A DNA stretch of 64,000 bases from Planctomycetota bacterium (GCA_016197205.1 JACPWG010000100.1:8250-72249), one strand, 5' to 3'; counted from the first letter of the stretch, positions 10,267 to 19,500 are shown. Notes: generated from the letters alone by a model not told the origin. Made by a program: numbers and translations.

Positions 10267-10810
10267 GCCTCTTCCCGCCGCGACCACCCGCGAGGAGGCC
10301 AAAGGAAGCGCCCCCGGCCGGTGTCCAATGGGGGCGCGTGGCTCTTGGCGGCACGTCTAAAGGACTTGCTAGTGGCCCGTCTACGCCTATTCTGCTAATT
10401 CGCCGGGCGCTCGGTGGGGGTCGGCTGGCTCCCGTCAGGTAGAGCATTCAGGGAACCCGTTCGATGCGCTTGTCATCCCTTCGGCCCGGCTCAGGGCAGG
10501 CTCTGAGCGAAGCGAAGCGCCGCAGCGCGGAGCGAAGTGAAGGATCCAAACCAAGCGTAGCGACCGCTTTTCTCGACAGGGCACTGGCTGCAACTTGAAA
10601 TGTCGCGCGCACAAACTATCCCTGGCCCTGGCTGCGCCGCGCTGCTGTCGCAGGCAGCAGGCGCGGCAGGCAGGCTTGGCGACCTTGTCAAATTCGTCAG
10701 GGCGTTCGAACGCAGCAGGAAGCGTGATAGAAATCACAAAGGGATGAACAGGGTCCCTTTACGGCTATGTGTTGCAATCATTCCCGGCTCCTGCTATCCT
10801 GACTGCTGTC

Positions 10811-11647
10811 ATGAATGCAAAAAGAGCTGGCAGTCGTCCCCTTGTGCGTACGGACGGGTACGCAACTCTCTCGGCACTGGTCGACGCCTACCAAGCGTCG
10901 GGGCGCTACGTGCTGCTGCGCCGGGAGGCGCTCACCTCCCTGGGGGCTTCGGCCGAGGCCGTGAAGAAAGCGGTCCAGCGACTTGAATCCAAGCGCCGGC
11001 TCGCCGTGCCACGACGCGGATTCTTCGCGATCGTGCCCGTCGAGTATCGCGACGCGGGAGCCCCGCCGGCCAGTTGGTACATCGACCCGCTGATGAAGTT
11101 CCACGGCCGGCCGTACTACGTCGGCCTCTTGAGTGCAGCCGCCATCCATGGGGCCGCCCACGAGCAGCCCCAGGAATTCCAGGTTGTGACCCTGGGACAA
11201 CTTCGCCCTGCCGTTTCCGGGCGCGCGCGCATCCGATTCTTCACCAAGCGCGGCGTCGAGCGCACGCCGACCATGGAAATGCGGACGGAGACGGGGGCCA
11301 TGCGCGTGTCAACGCCCGAGGCTACCGCCCTCGACCTGCTCCGCTACCCCCTCGGCGCGGGTCATCTCGGGAACATCGCCACGGTGTTGAGTGAACTGGC
11401 CGAGAAGATGGACCCCGAGCGTCTCGCCGACGTGGCCCGATCGGAAGGGGAGCTTTCGGCGGCGCAACGGCTGGGCTACCTGCTGGAGCAGGTAGGCGCC
11501 CCTCAGGTGGCGGGCTCGCTGGAGTCCTTCGTGTCGAAGCAGCACCCACGATACGTGCGTCTTCGCCCGGATCGGTCCGCGAAAGGGGCGCCGAAGAACG
11601 CGCGCTGGCATGTTCTGGTGAATGAAGAAGTGGAGACGGAGGCATGA
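10811..11647 (+). CDS. abiEi: AbiEi antitoxin-like transcriptional regulator (type IV TA)
   Basis: RRGFFAIVPVEYRDAGAPPASWYIDPLMKFHGRPYYVGLLSAAAIHGAAHEQPQEFQVV matches the AbiEi family. The stop overlaps the downstream start as ATGA. GC is lower than in neighbouring genes. Confidence 0.8.
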   Translation: MNAKRAGSRPLVRTDGYATLSALVDAYQASGRYVLLRREALTSLGASAEAVKKAVQRLESKRRLAVPRRGFFAIVPVEYRDAGAPPASWYIDPLMKFHGRPYYVGLLSAAAIHGAAHEQPQEFQVVTLGQLRPAVSGRARIRFFTKRGVERTPTMEMRTETGAMRVSTPEATALDLLRYPLGAGHLGNIATVLSELAEKMDPERLADVARSEGELSAAQRLGYLLEQVGAPQVAGSLESFVSKQHPRYVRLRPDRSAKGAPKNARWHVLVNEEVETEA

Positions 11648-12473
11648 TCCCGCGCGCGCACATCACGGCATGGCGCGCGAAGGCGCCGTGGTCCACCGAT
11701 GCGCAGGTCGAACAGGACCTTGTCGTGTGCCGAGCCGTCGTGGATCTCTTCTCGAGCGACCGGCTGGCCAGGAAGTCGCTTTCCGGGGAGGAACGGCCCT
11801 TCACAAACTGTACCTGGCTCCACCGGCGCGGTACTCGGAGGACATCGACCTGGTCCAGGTCTCGGCGAGCCCGATCGGCGGCATCATGGACGCCGTGCGC
11901 GAACGACTCGACCCATGGCTCGGCAAGCCCCAGTGGAAACAGGGTCAGGGCCGCGTGACCATCGTCTACCGATTCCAGACGGAAACCTTGCCGGTCACGC
12001 CCCTGCGGCTGAAGGTCGAGATCAACACCCGGGAGCACTTCTCCGTACTGGGCTCGCCACGGCGCAGGTTCGAGGTCGCCAATCCGTGGTTCACAGGCGC
12101 CGCCGAGGTCCTCGGCTACGTGCCGGAGGAACTGCTCGGCACGAAGCTGCGGGCTCTCTACCAGCGCAAGAAGGGGCGCGACCTGTTCGACCTGTCCGAG
12201 GCCCTCGTTCGACTTCCGGCTTTGGCTCCGGATAAGATCGTGGACTGCTTCACGTGCTACTTGGAGAAGGACGGGCTCCGCGTCACGCGAACGGAGTTCG
12301 AGCAGAATCTCGCCGAGAAGATCGAGGACAAGGCCGTTCTCGCCGACGTGCCGCCGCTTCTCGCCATCGGCACTTCGTTCGATCCCCGTGCCGCCTACGA
12401 CCGCGTGCGCGAGACCCTGCTTTCGCGCCTCCCGGAGGGCTCCTCGCGAAAGAAGAATCGTCGAAACCCATGA
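11644..12473 (+). pseudogene. abiEii: AbiEii/AbiGii nucleotidyltransferase toxin gene interrupted by a -1 frameshift near 11775
   Basis: Frame A (11644) reads the conserved N-terminus MIPRAHITAWRAKAPWSTDAQVEQDLVVCRAVVDLFSSDRLARK. The family continuation LAFRGGTALHKLYLAPPARYSEDIDLVQ lies in frame B (ORF 11622). One nucleotide is missing after AAG at 11773-11775. Confidence 0.75.
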
Positions 12474-12904
12474 AGGGCGGGCACCCAGAACGTCCTCCGG
12501 ATCGCGGCCGGTCCGTCGTCTGGTCTCTCTGCCGGAGACCTACCCTCCTTCGCGCTCCGCGCTTCGGCCGTCCGGCCGGAGGCGAGTTAGGATCGTCGGA
12601 GCCTGGGGCCCACGCCTTCGGCGGCTATTGGATGACGGCCCGTGATCGGCAGAGAGAGGGAGAGTTCGGAAGTGATGTGGCCGGGGTCCCGGGGCCGACC
12701 GGCCTTCGCCCTGCGGGCTACGGCGGACAAGCCGTGGGGGTTGGCTTCGGTCCCCAAAGCTCTCGGCTCCGAACGGAGGGTGCTCCCCGATACGGGACCG
12801 CGCGGAAGGGCATGGTGGGTTGGCCAGATACACGACGACCCCGGCGGATGGGCGACCGGGGTCGGCGTCAAACGCGGGCCGCAGTTTTTCGGCGGTTGGA
12901 AGGT

Positions 12905-12979
12905 TGGCTCCCCGGGCAGGACTCGAACCTGCAACACCGCGGTTAACAGCCGCGTACTCTACCATTGAGCTACCGGGGA
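12905..12979 (-). tRNA. tRNA-Asn (anticodon GTT)
   Basis: The rc reads TCCCCGG-TA-GCTCAATGGTAGAGT-A-CGCGG-CTGTTAA-CCGCG-GTGTT-GCAGGTTCGAGTCCTGC-CCGGGGA-G-CCA. It folds into a cloverleaf with a 7-bp acceptor stem, a T-loop TTCGAGT and an encoded CCA. Confidence 0.85.
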
Positions 12980-13464
12980 GTGAAGAGCGGCCATTTTATC
13001 GACGGAGGGGCCGAAGTCAAGCGGTTTCCAGTTCGAGGGCCTGCGCCGGCTCGCGGACCGCCGGCGTTTCATGCGGGAAACGCTTGGGTCGGGCCAGGGG
13101 CGAGCGTGGCGAGGTAGGGCCGGGGAAGACGAAGCGAGCACAGCATCCGCGGGCCCGGGGGGGGAATACAGATGCAGGTCCCGGTGTTCGGAATGCTGTA
13201 CGCGGCCCTGCGCTCGCCGGCAGATGTCCCTCGAAACCGATTCCTGCCACCTGTCCCCGCATGGCACAGGCTGACCTCCGGCTGGGACACTTGCCGGGGA
13301 GGGGATGTGGCAGCGGACGGCTCCACAGCGCGCAAGATTATCGGGAGAAAGGGGATGCGTGGCAGGCGAAAAGCACGCTGCATGTGGCCGCAGATTTGCG
13401 TTTCGACCCGGAGACCTACGAAATGTGAGTCCCCGACACGGCAACCCCTCGTAAGGAGCTCGTC

Positions 13465-13824
13465 ATGACGAAGATGCTTGCTTCCGGACTTGTCGGACTG
13501 GTGATGGCGCTCGCCATGCCCGCCGCGAGCGCCGACCACTACTCGAACACGTACTACCCGCCTTGTGGGTCCACGACCGTCACCTACGCGCCGGCCTACT
13601 ACACGCCGACGTACTACGCACCCACCTACTACACGCCGACCTACTACGCCCCGACCTACTACAGCCCTTGCACGACCACGACCTACTACACGCCCACCTA
13701 CTACCAGACCACGACCTACTGCCCGCCGACCTACTACGCGCCCACCTACTACCGCAGCGGGTCCTCCTTCTCCTATCGCTACTCCAGCGGGTGCTCGTCG
13801 TTCGGCTTCTCCTACCGCCGCTAG
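13465..13824 (+). CDS. small secreted Tyr/Thr/Pro-rich repeat protein (PTYY(A/T) repeats)
   Basis: RBS AAGGAG 7 nt upstream. Signal peptide MTKMLASGLVGLVMALAMPAASA. At least eight PTYY repeats, four Cys, very high GC3, and a terminator directly downstream. Confidence 0.7.
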   Translation: MTKMLASGLVGLVMALAMPAASADHYSNTYYPPCGSTTVTYAPAYYTPTYYAPTYYTPTYYAPTYYSPCTTTTYYTPTYYQTTTYCPPTYYAPTYYRSGSSFSYRYSSGCSSFGFSYRR

Positions 13825-13877
13825 CCGAGCACGAGCCGCAGCCTCTCGGCCCCTCGCCATACCCCCGGTGCTCCAGC

Positions 13878-13912
13878 GGGAGCGGCACTCGCCGCTCCCG
13901 CTTCTTTTTTTT
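13878..13912 (+). terminator. rho-independent terminator
   Basis: GGGAGCGGC-ACTC-GCCGCTCCC hairpin followed by GCTTCTTTTTTTT. Confidence 0.65.
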
Positions 13913-14176
13913 ACGCCCCAACGCGCGAGCCGTTACGAATCCGGACGGCGGGCCGTTACGACGCGTAGCGGCGGCGGAATCGAAACCAGACCGGGCCGAC
14001 GGGCTGCTTCCGAAATTCATCGCAACATACCTGCCAACAGCATGTTGCAATCTCATTAGAATTCGACGCCATTGGGCACCACGCTTGCATTCTGGGTAGG
14101 GCGTCCTCAACAAGATGAGTCGCAACCAGGTTCAGAAAAAGGAGACAGGCCCCCCCGAGGGCGACAACCGAGCCCC

Positions 14177-14222
14177 GATCTTCTTCCCCGGGGACCGTCA
14201 CCAGGTGTGTGGCCTGGTGACC
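14177..14222. repeat. long perfect palindrome/hairpin (about 19-bp stem)
   Basis: CCCCGGGGACCGTCACCAGG-TGTGTGG-CCTGGTGACCCCCGGGG. Confidence 0.6.
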
Positions 14223-14281
14223 CCCGGGGAAGTTACTTACGGACCGCGCGACCGGCCGCACACCGCGCCGCCGCTGGGCGG

Positions 14282-14323
14282 AAATCCCAAATCCCAAATC
14301 CCAAATCCCAAATCCCAAATCCC
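14282..14323 (+). repeat. tandem heptamer array (AAATCCC)x5 plus AAATCAG
   Basis: Perfect 7-nt periodicity. An AT-rich island in a GC-rich genome. Confidence 0.9.
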
Positions 14324-14334
14324 AAATCAGGCGT

Positions 14335-14440
14335 GCGCCCGAAACCCAAAATGGAGGAAATAGCCACCGAACACGCCGAAGACGCCGAAATGCACGACAG
14401 GCCGTTCGGTGTCTTCGGCGAGTTCGGTGGCTCGTTCCCC
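14335..14440. repeat. diverged copy of the GC-core of repeat family A (..CGAAATGCAC..GGTGTCTTCGGCGAGTTCGGTGGCTCGTTCCCC)
   Basis: Aligns to 30781-30837 and 36530-36583. Confidence 0.5.
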
Positions 14441-14712
14441 CGTGGGCGGAGCGCACGGCTGCCGAAATCGGGACAGGCTTTCAAGAAGCCGAACGATAGG
14501 GACCCAAATCGCACGGCGCCGAAGTAGATACGGGTAGGAAGGCTCAAGGCTCAACGCCTGGGGCTTCGACGCCCGGGGCAGACTCCGGATCGTCGGCAGG
14601 ATCGAAGCCGGGGAGGCACAAGAACCTGCCGAGACCGCTCCCTCACGGTCGCGGTTCGGTGTAGGGCGGCCACACGTCGGGCGACCTTGGCGGGGCGGTG
14701 GTCGTAGGCTTG

Positions 14713-14748
14713 CCAAATCTCAATTCTCAATTCTCAATTCTCAAATCC
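14713..14748 (+). repeat. tandem heptamer array AAATCTC-(AATTCTC)x3-AAATCCC
   Basis: Perfect 7-nt periodicity. It abuts the 3' end of the esterase gene. Confidence 0.85.
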
Positions 14749-14752
14749 CCCA

Positions 14753-17131
14753 TCACTTTCCGCCGCCGACCGGCAGCACCACGCGGTTCGCGTAGAGGAC
14801 GTCTCGCTCTCCGCGCTGACGAGAAGTCTCCAGCAAGTGCCCGACGCTCCGCGCCGGCTTCCCCTGCCACCGGATCGCGCCGTCCAGCCGGACGACGATC
14901 GGCTGGTCCAGGTCGAGCAGCCGATCCGCGAGTTGCACGGTCACTTCACGGACGTTCGACGAAACCGAAAGCAGGACCTCGTTCCCGCGGATCTCGCCGG
15001 TCACTCGTCCCGGAGTGTTCAACAGCGTCCGCTGTTCGATCGCGTCGCCGTCCGGCCCTTGCACGCTCAACACCGTCTGCCGCAGGCTCGTGAGGCCCGC
15101 CAGCTCCACCCAGCACGACCGCGAGTACTGCTCCTCACGCGTCACGAACGTCACCTTGCGCGGGTATGGGTTCCGGCGGCGCGCCTGCATCCACTCCACG
15201 ACACGCTCGTTTTCGTCCGCGAAGTGCTCGTGCCCGCGGCCCGCGAACTCCCGGTACGTCACGTCGTACCCCTCGTCGCGCAGCCGCGCGCAGCCTTTGC
15301 GAGGGGCCTCCGGACTCACCATCGTGTCCTGGTCGCCGTTCATCGACAGCACCGCGACGCCGAAGAGGTTGTCGATCAAGTCCATGACCCGGAGCGGCGA
15401 GCCCGACCGCGGCACGATCCCCGCCCAGCGATCGGGAAAGGCCACTCCCAGGATCCAGCACATGTGCGCCCCCATCGACATCCCTTCGAGGAAGACGCGA
15501 TCCGGATCCACATGAAACGTCCGGCGCACGTCCGCGGCGACGGCGAGGACCAGCGACTCGCTCGCGCGCGAATGGCCGAAGCCGATCCGCCGCTCGGCGG
15601 TCGGGCACGCGACCAGGAAGTCCAGCGTGCTCAGGCGCCGGCCCCAGGAGTAGACCTGCACGTCGCCCGTGGCGTGCGTCGGATGCAGCGAGATCAGCAG
15701 CGGCCAGGACTTCGCCGGGTCGTAGCCGACGGGAATCGAAAGCAGGTACTCGGTGCGGCCGCCGCCCAGGGGACAGGTCACCGGGACGCGCCGCAGACCG
15801 GTCCGTCCGTCGAAGGGCGCCGGCCGCGTGCCCGGTCCCAGGCGCACGACCGTCTCCACGGCGGCGAAAGGCGCGTGCATCGACTCGATTTCCTGCAAGG
15901 CCGTCGCGGCCGCCGGAGCGGCGGGATCGGTCGCCGACAGGTAGGTCTCGACGGCCTTCTCCAACCGCGCAAGTCCGTCCGCGCCGCCCACGGCCTGGAG
16001 CGGAAAGTCACGGCCGTAGCGGGCGAGGGCCTCGAGGCGTGAGCGCCGCGCTTCATCCTCCGCGGCAACCCCCGCTCCGCCGCCGCCCGCATGCGCGGAG
16101 CGGGCGAGCAGGTCGAGCGCCAGGGCGGCATTCCCCGACTCCTCGGCGGCCCAGCTCGCCTCCCGCGCGAAAGCCGCGTCCCCCTGCAACGACGGCGACG
16201 CGGTCCAAACGCCCAGCGCCCGCGCGGCCAGCCCCAGCTTTCGCAAGCACCGCATGCGCTCGAGCGCGCCGGCCAGGTCCCGCCCCGCGGCGCCGCCGCC
16301 CGCCTCAGGTGTTTCCCCTAGACGCTGGTACGCCCGGATCCGCTCCGGCGCACCCGCGTCCCCGACCGCCCGCGCCATGCGGATCGCCTCTTCCCAGGTC
16401 CCTTGCTCGGCGAAAGCGCGCTCCAGGCCGCGACGCGCCGGCTCCGCGCGGCCCGGGAAGCCGTCGAGCCCGCGGCCGTCGCTCCCCAGCGCGGCCGTCC
16501 ACTCCCGCTCCGCCTCCGCCGCCCGCCCTTCCGCGAGATAAAGCTCCGCCAGCGCGGAGCGCGCGGCGGGGACGCAGGTCGCCTCGGGCGCATCCCGCCG
16601 CAGCGCCGACAGCTTCCCACGGGCCGCGTCAAGCCGGCCCGCGCGCCGCTCGGCCTCCGCTTCCGTCAAGAGCCGCTCCGCCCGCGGATCCAGGAGACGG
16701 CGCAGCGCGGCGAGCGCGACCGCGTGCCCCGGCTTCGAGGCGAGGGCCTCGCGCAGCAGCTCGACGCCGAGGTCCGGAAGGCCCGCCTCGACCGCGCGCG
16801 CGGCGAGCTTGACACGGCCGTCCGCGTCGTCCCTCGCGAGGAGGGCGCGCGCGGCGGCGAGTTCCTCGTCCGGCGTGGCCTTGCGCTCGATGTGGTCGAC
16901 CTGAGACGCCGGGATGGTGGAGATGCCGGTCCGCACCTGAATGCGCACGACGCCGTCCTTCTCTTCGAGGACCTTCCCCTCGATCCGGCCGCCGCTCGTA
17001 AGGTACACGATGTCGGCGCGGACCGCGCGCGCGAGCGGGCCGAGGCCGATTCCGAGCGCCAGGGCGAGGCAGGCGGCGGCCCTTCGCGACCTTCGGCCGA
17101 ACCGTCGGCCAGGCGAAACCGATTGATCCAT
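14753..17131 (-). CDS. secreted TPR-repeat protein fused to an alpha/beta-hydrolase (esterase/depolymerase-like) domain
   Basis: ATG at rc 17129-17131. Signal peptide MDQSVSPGRRFGRRSRRAAACLALALGIGLGPLARA. The middle is Ala/Leu-rich and TPR-like. The C-terminal hydrolase has GMSMGAH (GxSxG). Other ORFs over this span are shadows. Confidence 0.75.
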   Translation of the reverse strand: MDQSVSPGRRFGRRSRRAAACLALALGIGLGPLARAVRADIVYLTSGGRIEGKVLEEKDGVVRIQVRTGISTIPASQVDHIERKATPDEELAAARALLARDDADGRVKLAARAVEAGLPDLGVELLREALASKPGHAVALAALRRLLDPRAERLLTEAEAERRAGRLDAARGKLSALRRDAPEATCVPAARSALAELYLAEGRAAEAEREWTAALGSDGRGLDGFPGRAEPARRGLERAFAEQGTWEEAIRMARAVGDAGAPERIRAYQRLGETPEAGGGAAGRDLAGALERMRCLRKLGLAARALGVWTASPSLQGDAAFAREASWAAEESGNAALALDLLARSAHAGGGGAGVAAEDEARRSRLEALARYGRDFPLQAVGGADGLARLEKAVETYLSATDPAAPAAATALQEIESMHAPFAAVETVVRLGPGTRPAPFDGRTGLRRVPVTCPLGGGRTEYLLSIPVGYDPAKSWPLLISLHPTHATGDVQVYSWGRRLSTLDFLVACPTAERRIGFGHSRASESLVLAVAADVRRTFHVDPDRVFLEGMSMGAHMCWILGVAFPDRWAGIVPRSGSPLRVMDLIDNLFGVAVLSMNGDQDTMVSPEAPRKGCARLRDEGYDVTYREFAGRGHEHFADENERVVEWMQARRRNPYPRKVTFVTREEQYSRSCWVELAGLTSLRQTVLSVQGPDGDAIEQRTLLNTPGRVTGEIRGNEVLLSVSSNVREVTVQLADRLLDLDQPIVVRLDGAIRWQGKPARSVGHLLETSRQRGERDVLYANRVVLPVGGGK

Positions 17132-17323
17132 GCACGCTCCGCGGCTATACTGCCGCATCCTGGCGCTGGGCGCGGTCGTACCCCTTACCCCTGCCCCATC
17201 CCGCTCCCCTCCTTCGCTCGCTGCGGCGAGCTTCGGGGCGCAGGCTGAGGAAGAGGGGGAAGGTCGGCCGACAGCGCTTGCGCTTGGCGAGCCAGGGTCG
17301 CCGAGCCTACCCTTGAGTTCAAC

Positions 17324-18475
17324 ATGTCCGCAACGCACACGAAGCCCCGCGTCGTCGTCGCCATGAGCGGCGGCGTCGATTCGTCCGTCGCCGCGCTTCT
17401 TCTCCATGAGGCCGGCTACGACGTCGTTGGGCTCTTCATGCGCAACGGCATCCACGTCGAGAATCCCCTCACGAAGACCAAGGGCTGCTGTTCGCTCCGG
17501 GACGCGGACGACGCGCGGCGGGTCGCCGATCGGCTTGGCGTTCCCTTCTACGCCGTCGACTTCTCGCGGGACTTCCAGAAGCTCATCGGCGAGTTCGTCG
17601 AGGAGTACAACGCGGGACGCACGCCGAACCCGTGCGTCCGTTGCAACCAGGACCTGAAGTTCGGGAAGCTCCTGGCCTACGCGGAGTCGCTCGGCGCGGA
17701 GGCCGTGGCGACCGGCCACTACGCCCAGGTCGCGGACCGGGACGGCCGGCGCGTGCTGCGGCGCGGTCTCGACGTCACGAAGGACCAATCGTACGTGCTC
17801 TTCCCGCTCGTGCAGGCGCAGCTCCGCAGGACGCTCCTCCCCATCGGCGGCATGACGAAGGCGGAGGTGCGCGAGCGCGCACGCGCCGCCGGGCTCTGCA
17901 CCGCGGAGAAGCGCGAGAGCATGGAGATCTGCTTCGTCCCGGACGACGACTACGGCCGACTCATCGCGGAGCGCACGCCGGACCGCGTCCGCGAGGGGGA
18001 GCTCCGGGACGTCCACGGGCGCGCCCTCGGCCGCCACCCTGGCTACCAGCACTTCACGATCGGCCAGCGACACGGCCTGCGCATCGCCCTCGGCCGGCCG
18101 GCGTACGTGGTCCAGCTCCTGCCGGAGGAGAACGTCGTCGTCGTGGGCTTCGGCGAGGACCTGCTCTCGGCCGGGCTGGTGGCGACGCGCTCGAACTGGG
18201 TCTCGCGAGGCGCGCCCGAGCTCGGCGCCACGGTGCGGGTGGCCGCGAAGATCCGGTCCCACCACGACCCGACCCCCGCGACGGCGACGGTGCTGCCGGG
18301 GGGAGGCGTGCGCGTCGAGTTCGACGAGCCGCAGCGCGCGGTCACGCCGGGGCAGGCGGTGGTCCTCTACGACGGAGACGAGGTCGTTGCGGGCGGCTGG
18401 ATCGATGCGGCCCTGCCCATGACGGGGGCGGCGGCCTCGCGGGCGGCGGAGCTTCGGGCTACGAATCGCTGCTGA
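17324..18475 (+). CDS. mnmA: tRNA-specific 2-thiouridylase
   Basis: VVVAMSGGVDSSVAA P-loop...NPCVRCNQDLKFGKLL...GHYAQ. Full-length match to MnmA. Confidence 0.92.
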   Translation: MSATHTKPRVVVAMSGGVDSSVAALLLHEAGYDVVGLFMRNGIHVENPLTKTKGCCSLRDADDARRVADRLGVPFYAVDFSRDFQKLIGEFVEEYNAGRTPNPCVRCNQDLKFGKLLAYAESLGAEAVATGHYAQVADRDGRRVLRRGLDVTKDQSYVLFPLVQAQLRRTLLPIGGMTKAEVRERARAAGLCTAEKRESMEICFVPDDDYGRLIAERTPDRVREGELRDVHGRALGRHPGYQHFTIGQRHGLRIALGRPAYVVQLLPEENVVVVGFGEDLLSAGLVATRSNWVSRGAPELGATVRVAAKIRSHHDPTPATATVLPGGGVRVEFDEPQRAVTPGQAVVLYDGDEVVAGGWIDAALPMTGAAASRAAELRATNRC

Positions 18476-18699
18476 ACCACGCGCCGCACAATCGCTGCCC
18501 TCCACACACCCAACCCTTTCCAGGTGGGTGAACGGGTCGCCCCTTGCGGCAGGGAACATCGCAGGTCAGACCGCTGGAAGGGTGCGACTCCCGAGTGCCG
18601 GCCTTCGCCGGCTCAAGTGAAAAGGCTACTCGCGGCAGGCGACGGGACGGAGCCACCCCATCGAAGACGCTGACCACGCCTCCGCAGCCCCGCTCCGCG

Positions 18700-19500
18700 T
18701 CACCCCGCCAGGAATTTCTCCAGGTACTCCAGGAAGTTCCCCGCCCGGACCGCTGTCGTGTAGTCGAGGATGGCGAGGCCGTCCATGCGGTAGTTGGGAT
18801 AGCAGGAGGTCGGGGCGGCGCCACGCGGGGCGTGCACGACGAAGTCCACGTCGCGAGCCAGGACGTCGACGCGCCCCTCGGGCAGCTCGGAGGTCGGCAC
18901 GATCTCCTCGGCGCTCAAGATCGTCAGCTCGGCGAGGGCCGCGATTTCGCGGTCGATGCCGTGGTTGCCGAGGAGCACGGCGTTTCCCTCGGCGTCGGCC
19001 TTCTGCGCGTGGACGAAAGCGACCTGCGGGTGGAGCGGGGGGACGGCGAGGAACGATTCGCCGGTGTAGGGGCACTGGACGGTGCGGAGGTCGGGCCGGA
19101 CGCGCGGCACGTCGCTGCCGAGGATGCCGCGGACGGGCAGGAACGGGACGCAGGAGAGGGTGGCGCGGAGGCCGGCGGCGATCGTCGCTTCGGTCTCTTC
19201 GATGAGTTCGATGGAGCCGGCGACGGCGCCGGAGGTGAGGGCGGTGAAGACGGGCGCGAGGCCGAAGCCCTCCAGGCCGAAGTAGCAGGTGCGGACGCGC
19301 GAGACCGCGCCCGCGCCGAGGAGGAGGTCGCTCTCGAGGCCGCAGGTGAGGGCGAGAAGGGTGTGTTCGGAGGTCTTGCGGCGGAGGAGGGCGCGGACGA
19401 GCGCGAGGGGGCGGCGATAGAGGGTCATGCCCCCGAGGGCCAGCATAGAGCCGCGGGGGACTTCGGCGACGGCTCGAGCCGCATCGACCAGGATGCCCAT
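18700..19500 (-). CDS. CoA-transferase family protein (3-oxoacid/glutaconate CoA-transferase subunit-A-like)
   Basis: MGILVDAARAVAEVPRGSMLALGGMTL... ATG at rc 19498-19500. No adjacent subunit-B gene. Confidence 0.65.
   Translation of the reverse strand: MGILVDAARAVAEVPRGSMLALGGMTLYRRPLALVRALLRRKTSEHTLLALTCGLESDLLLGAGAVSRVRTCYFGLEGFGLAPVFTALTSGAVAGSIELIEETEATIAAGLRATLSCVPFLPVRGILGSDVPRVRPDLRTVQCPYTGESFLAVPPLHPQVAFVHAQKADAEGNAVLLGNHGIDREIAALAELTILSAEEIVPTSELPEGRVDVLARDVDFVVHAPRGAAPTSCYPNYRMDGLAILDYTTAVRAGNFLEYLEKFLAG

Noticed and set aside
8171-10398. Long overlapping ORFs (8171..10042 minus 623 aa; 8680..10398 plus 572 aa; 8088..8969)
   Set aside because: Alternative-frame or antisense artefacts over the adenylate cyclase gene. 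Only the 8881..10266 frame and the separate 8171..8651 frame have coding-like GC3 and domain content.
10420-10475. tRNA-like fragment (..TCAGGTAGAGCATTCAGGGAACCCGTTCGATGCG..)
   Set aside because: Contains GGTAGAGCA and TTCGAT-like strings but does not fold into a cloverleaf or match tRNA-Asn. Probably coincidental, or at most a decayed att-site fragment.
11622-12473. AbiEii as a single intact 283-aa ORF starting at 11622
   Set aside because: That start yields an N-terminus (MKKWRRRHDPARAHHGMAREG...) unlike the family. The conserved N-terminal motif is in the other frame beginning at 11644, so a frameshift is the better explanation.
14282-14323. Possible CRISPR array
   Set aside because: 7-nt units without spacers. 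CRISPR needs 25-40-nt repeats separated by unique spacers. No cas genes are present.
16039-16812. Pro/Arg/Ala-rich 257-aa ORF and similar ORFs (18626..19585, 31728..32486, 61613..62413)
   Set aside because: Low-complexity translations of off-frames in GC-rich coding DNA. They overlap confidently called genes.
14837-18559. 1268-aa minus ORF and many 100-400-aa plus or minus ORFs over 14.8-17.1 kb
   Set aside because: The real gene is the 792-aa TPR-esterase starting at 17131. The upstream extension runs antisense through mnmA and has non-coding composition.
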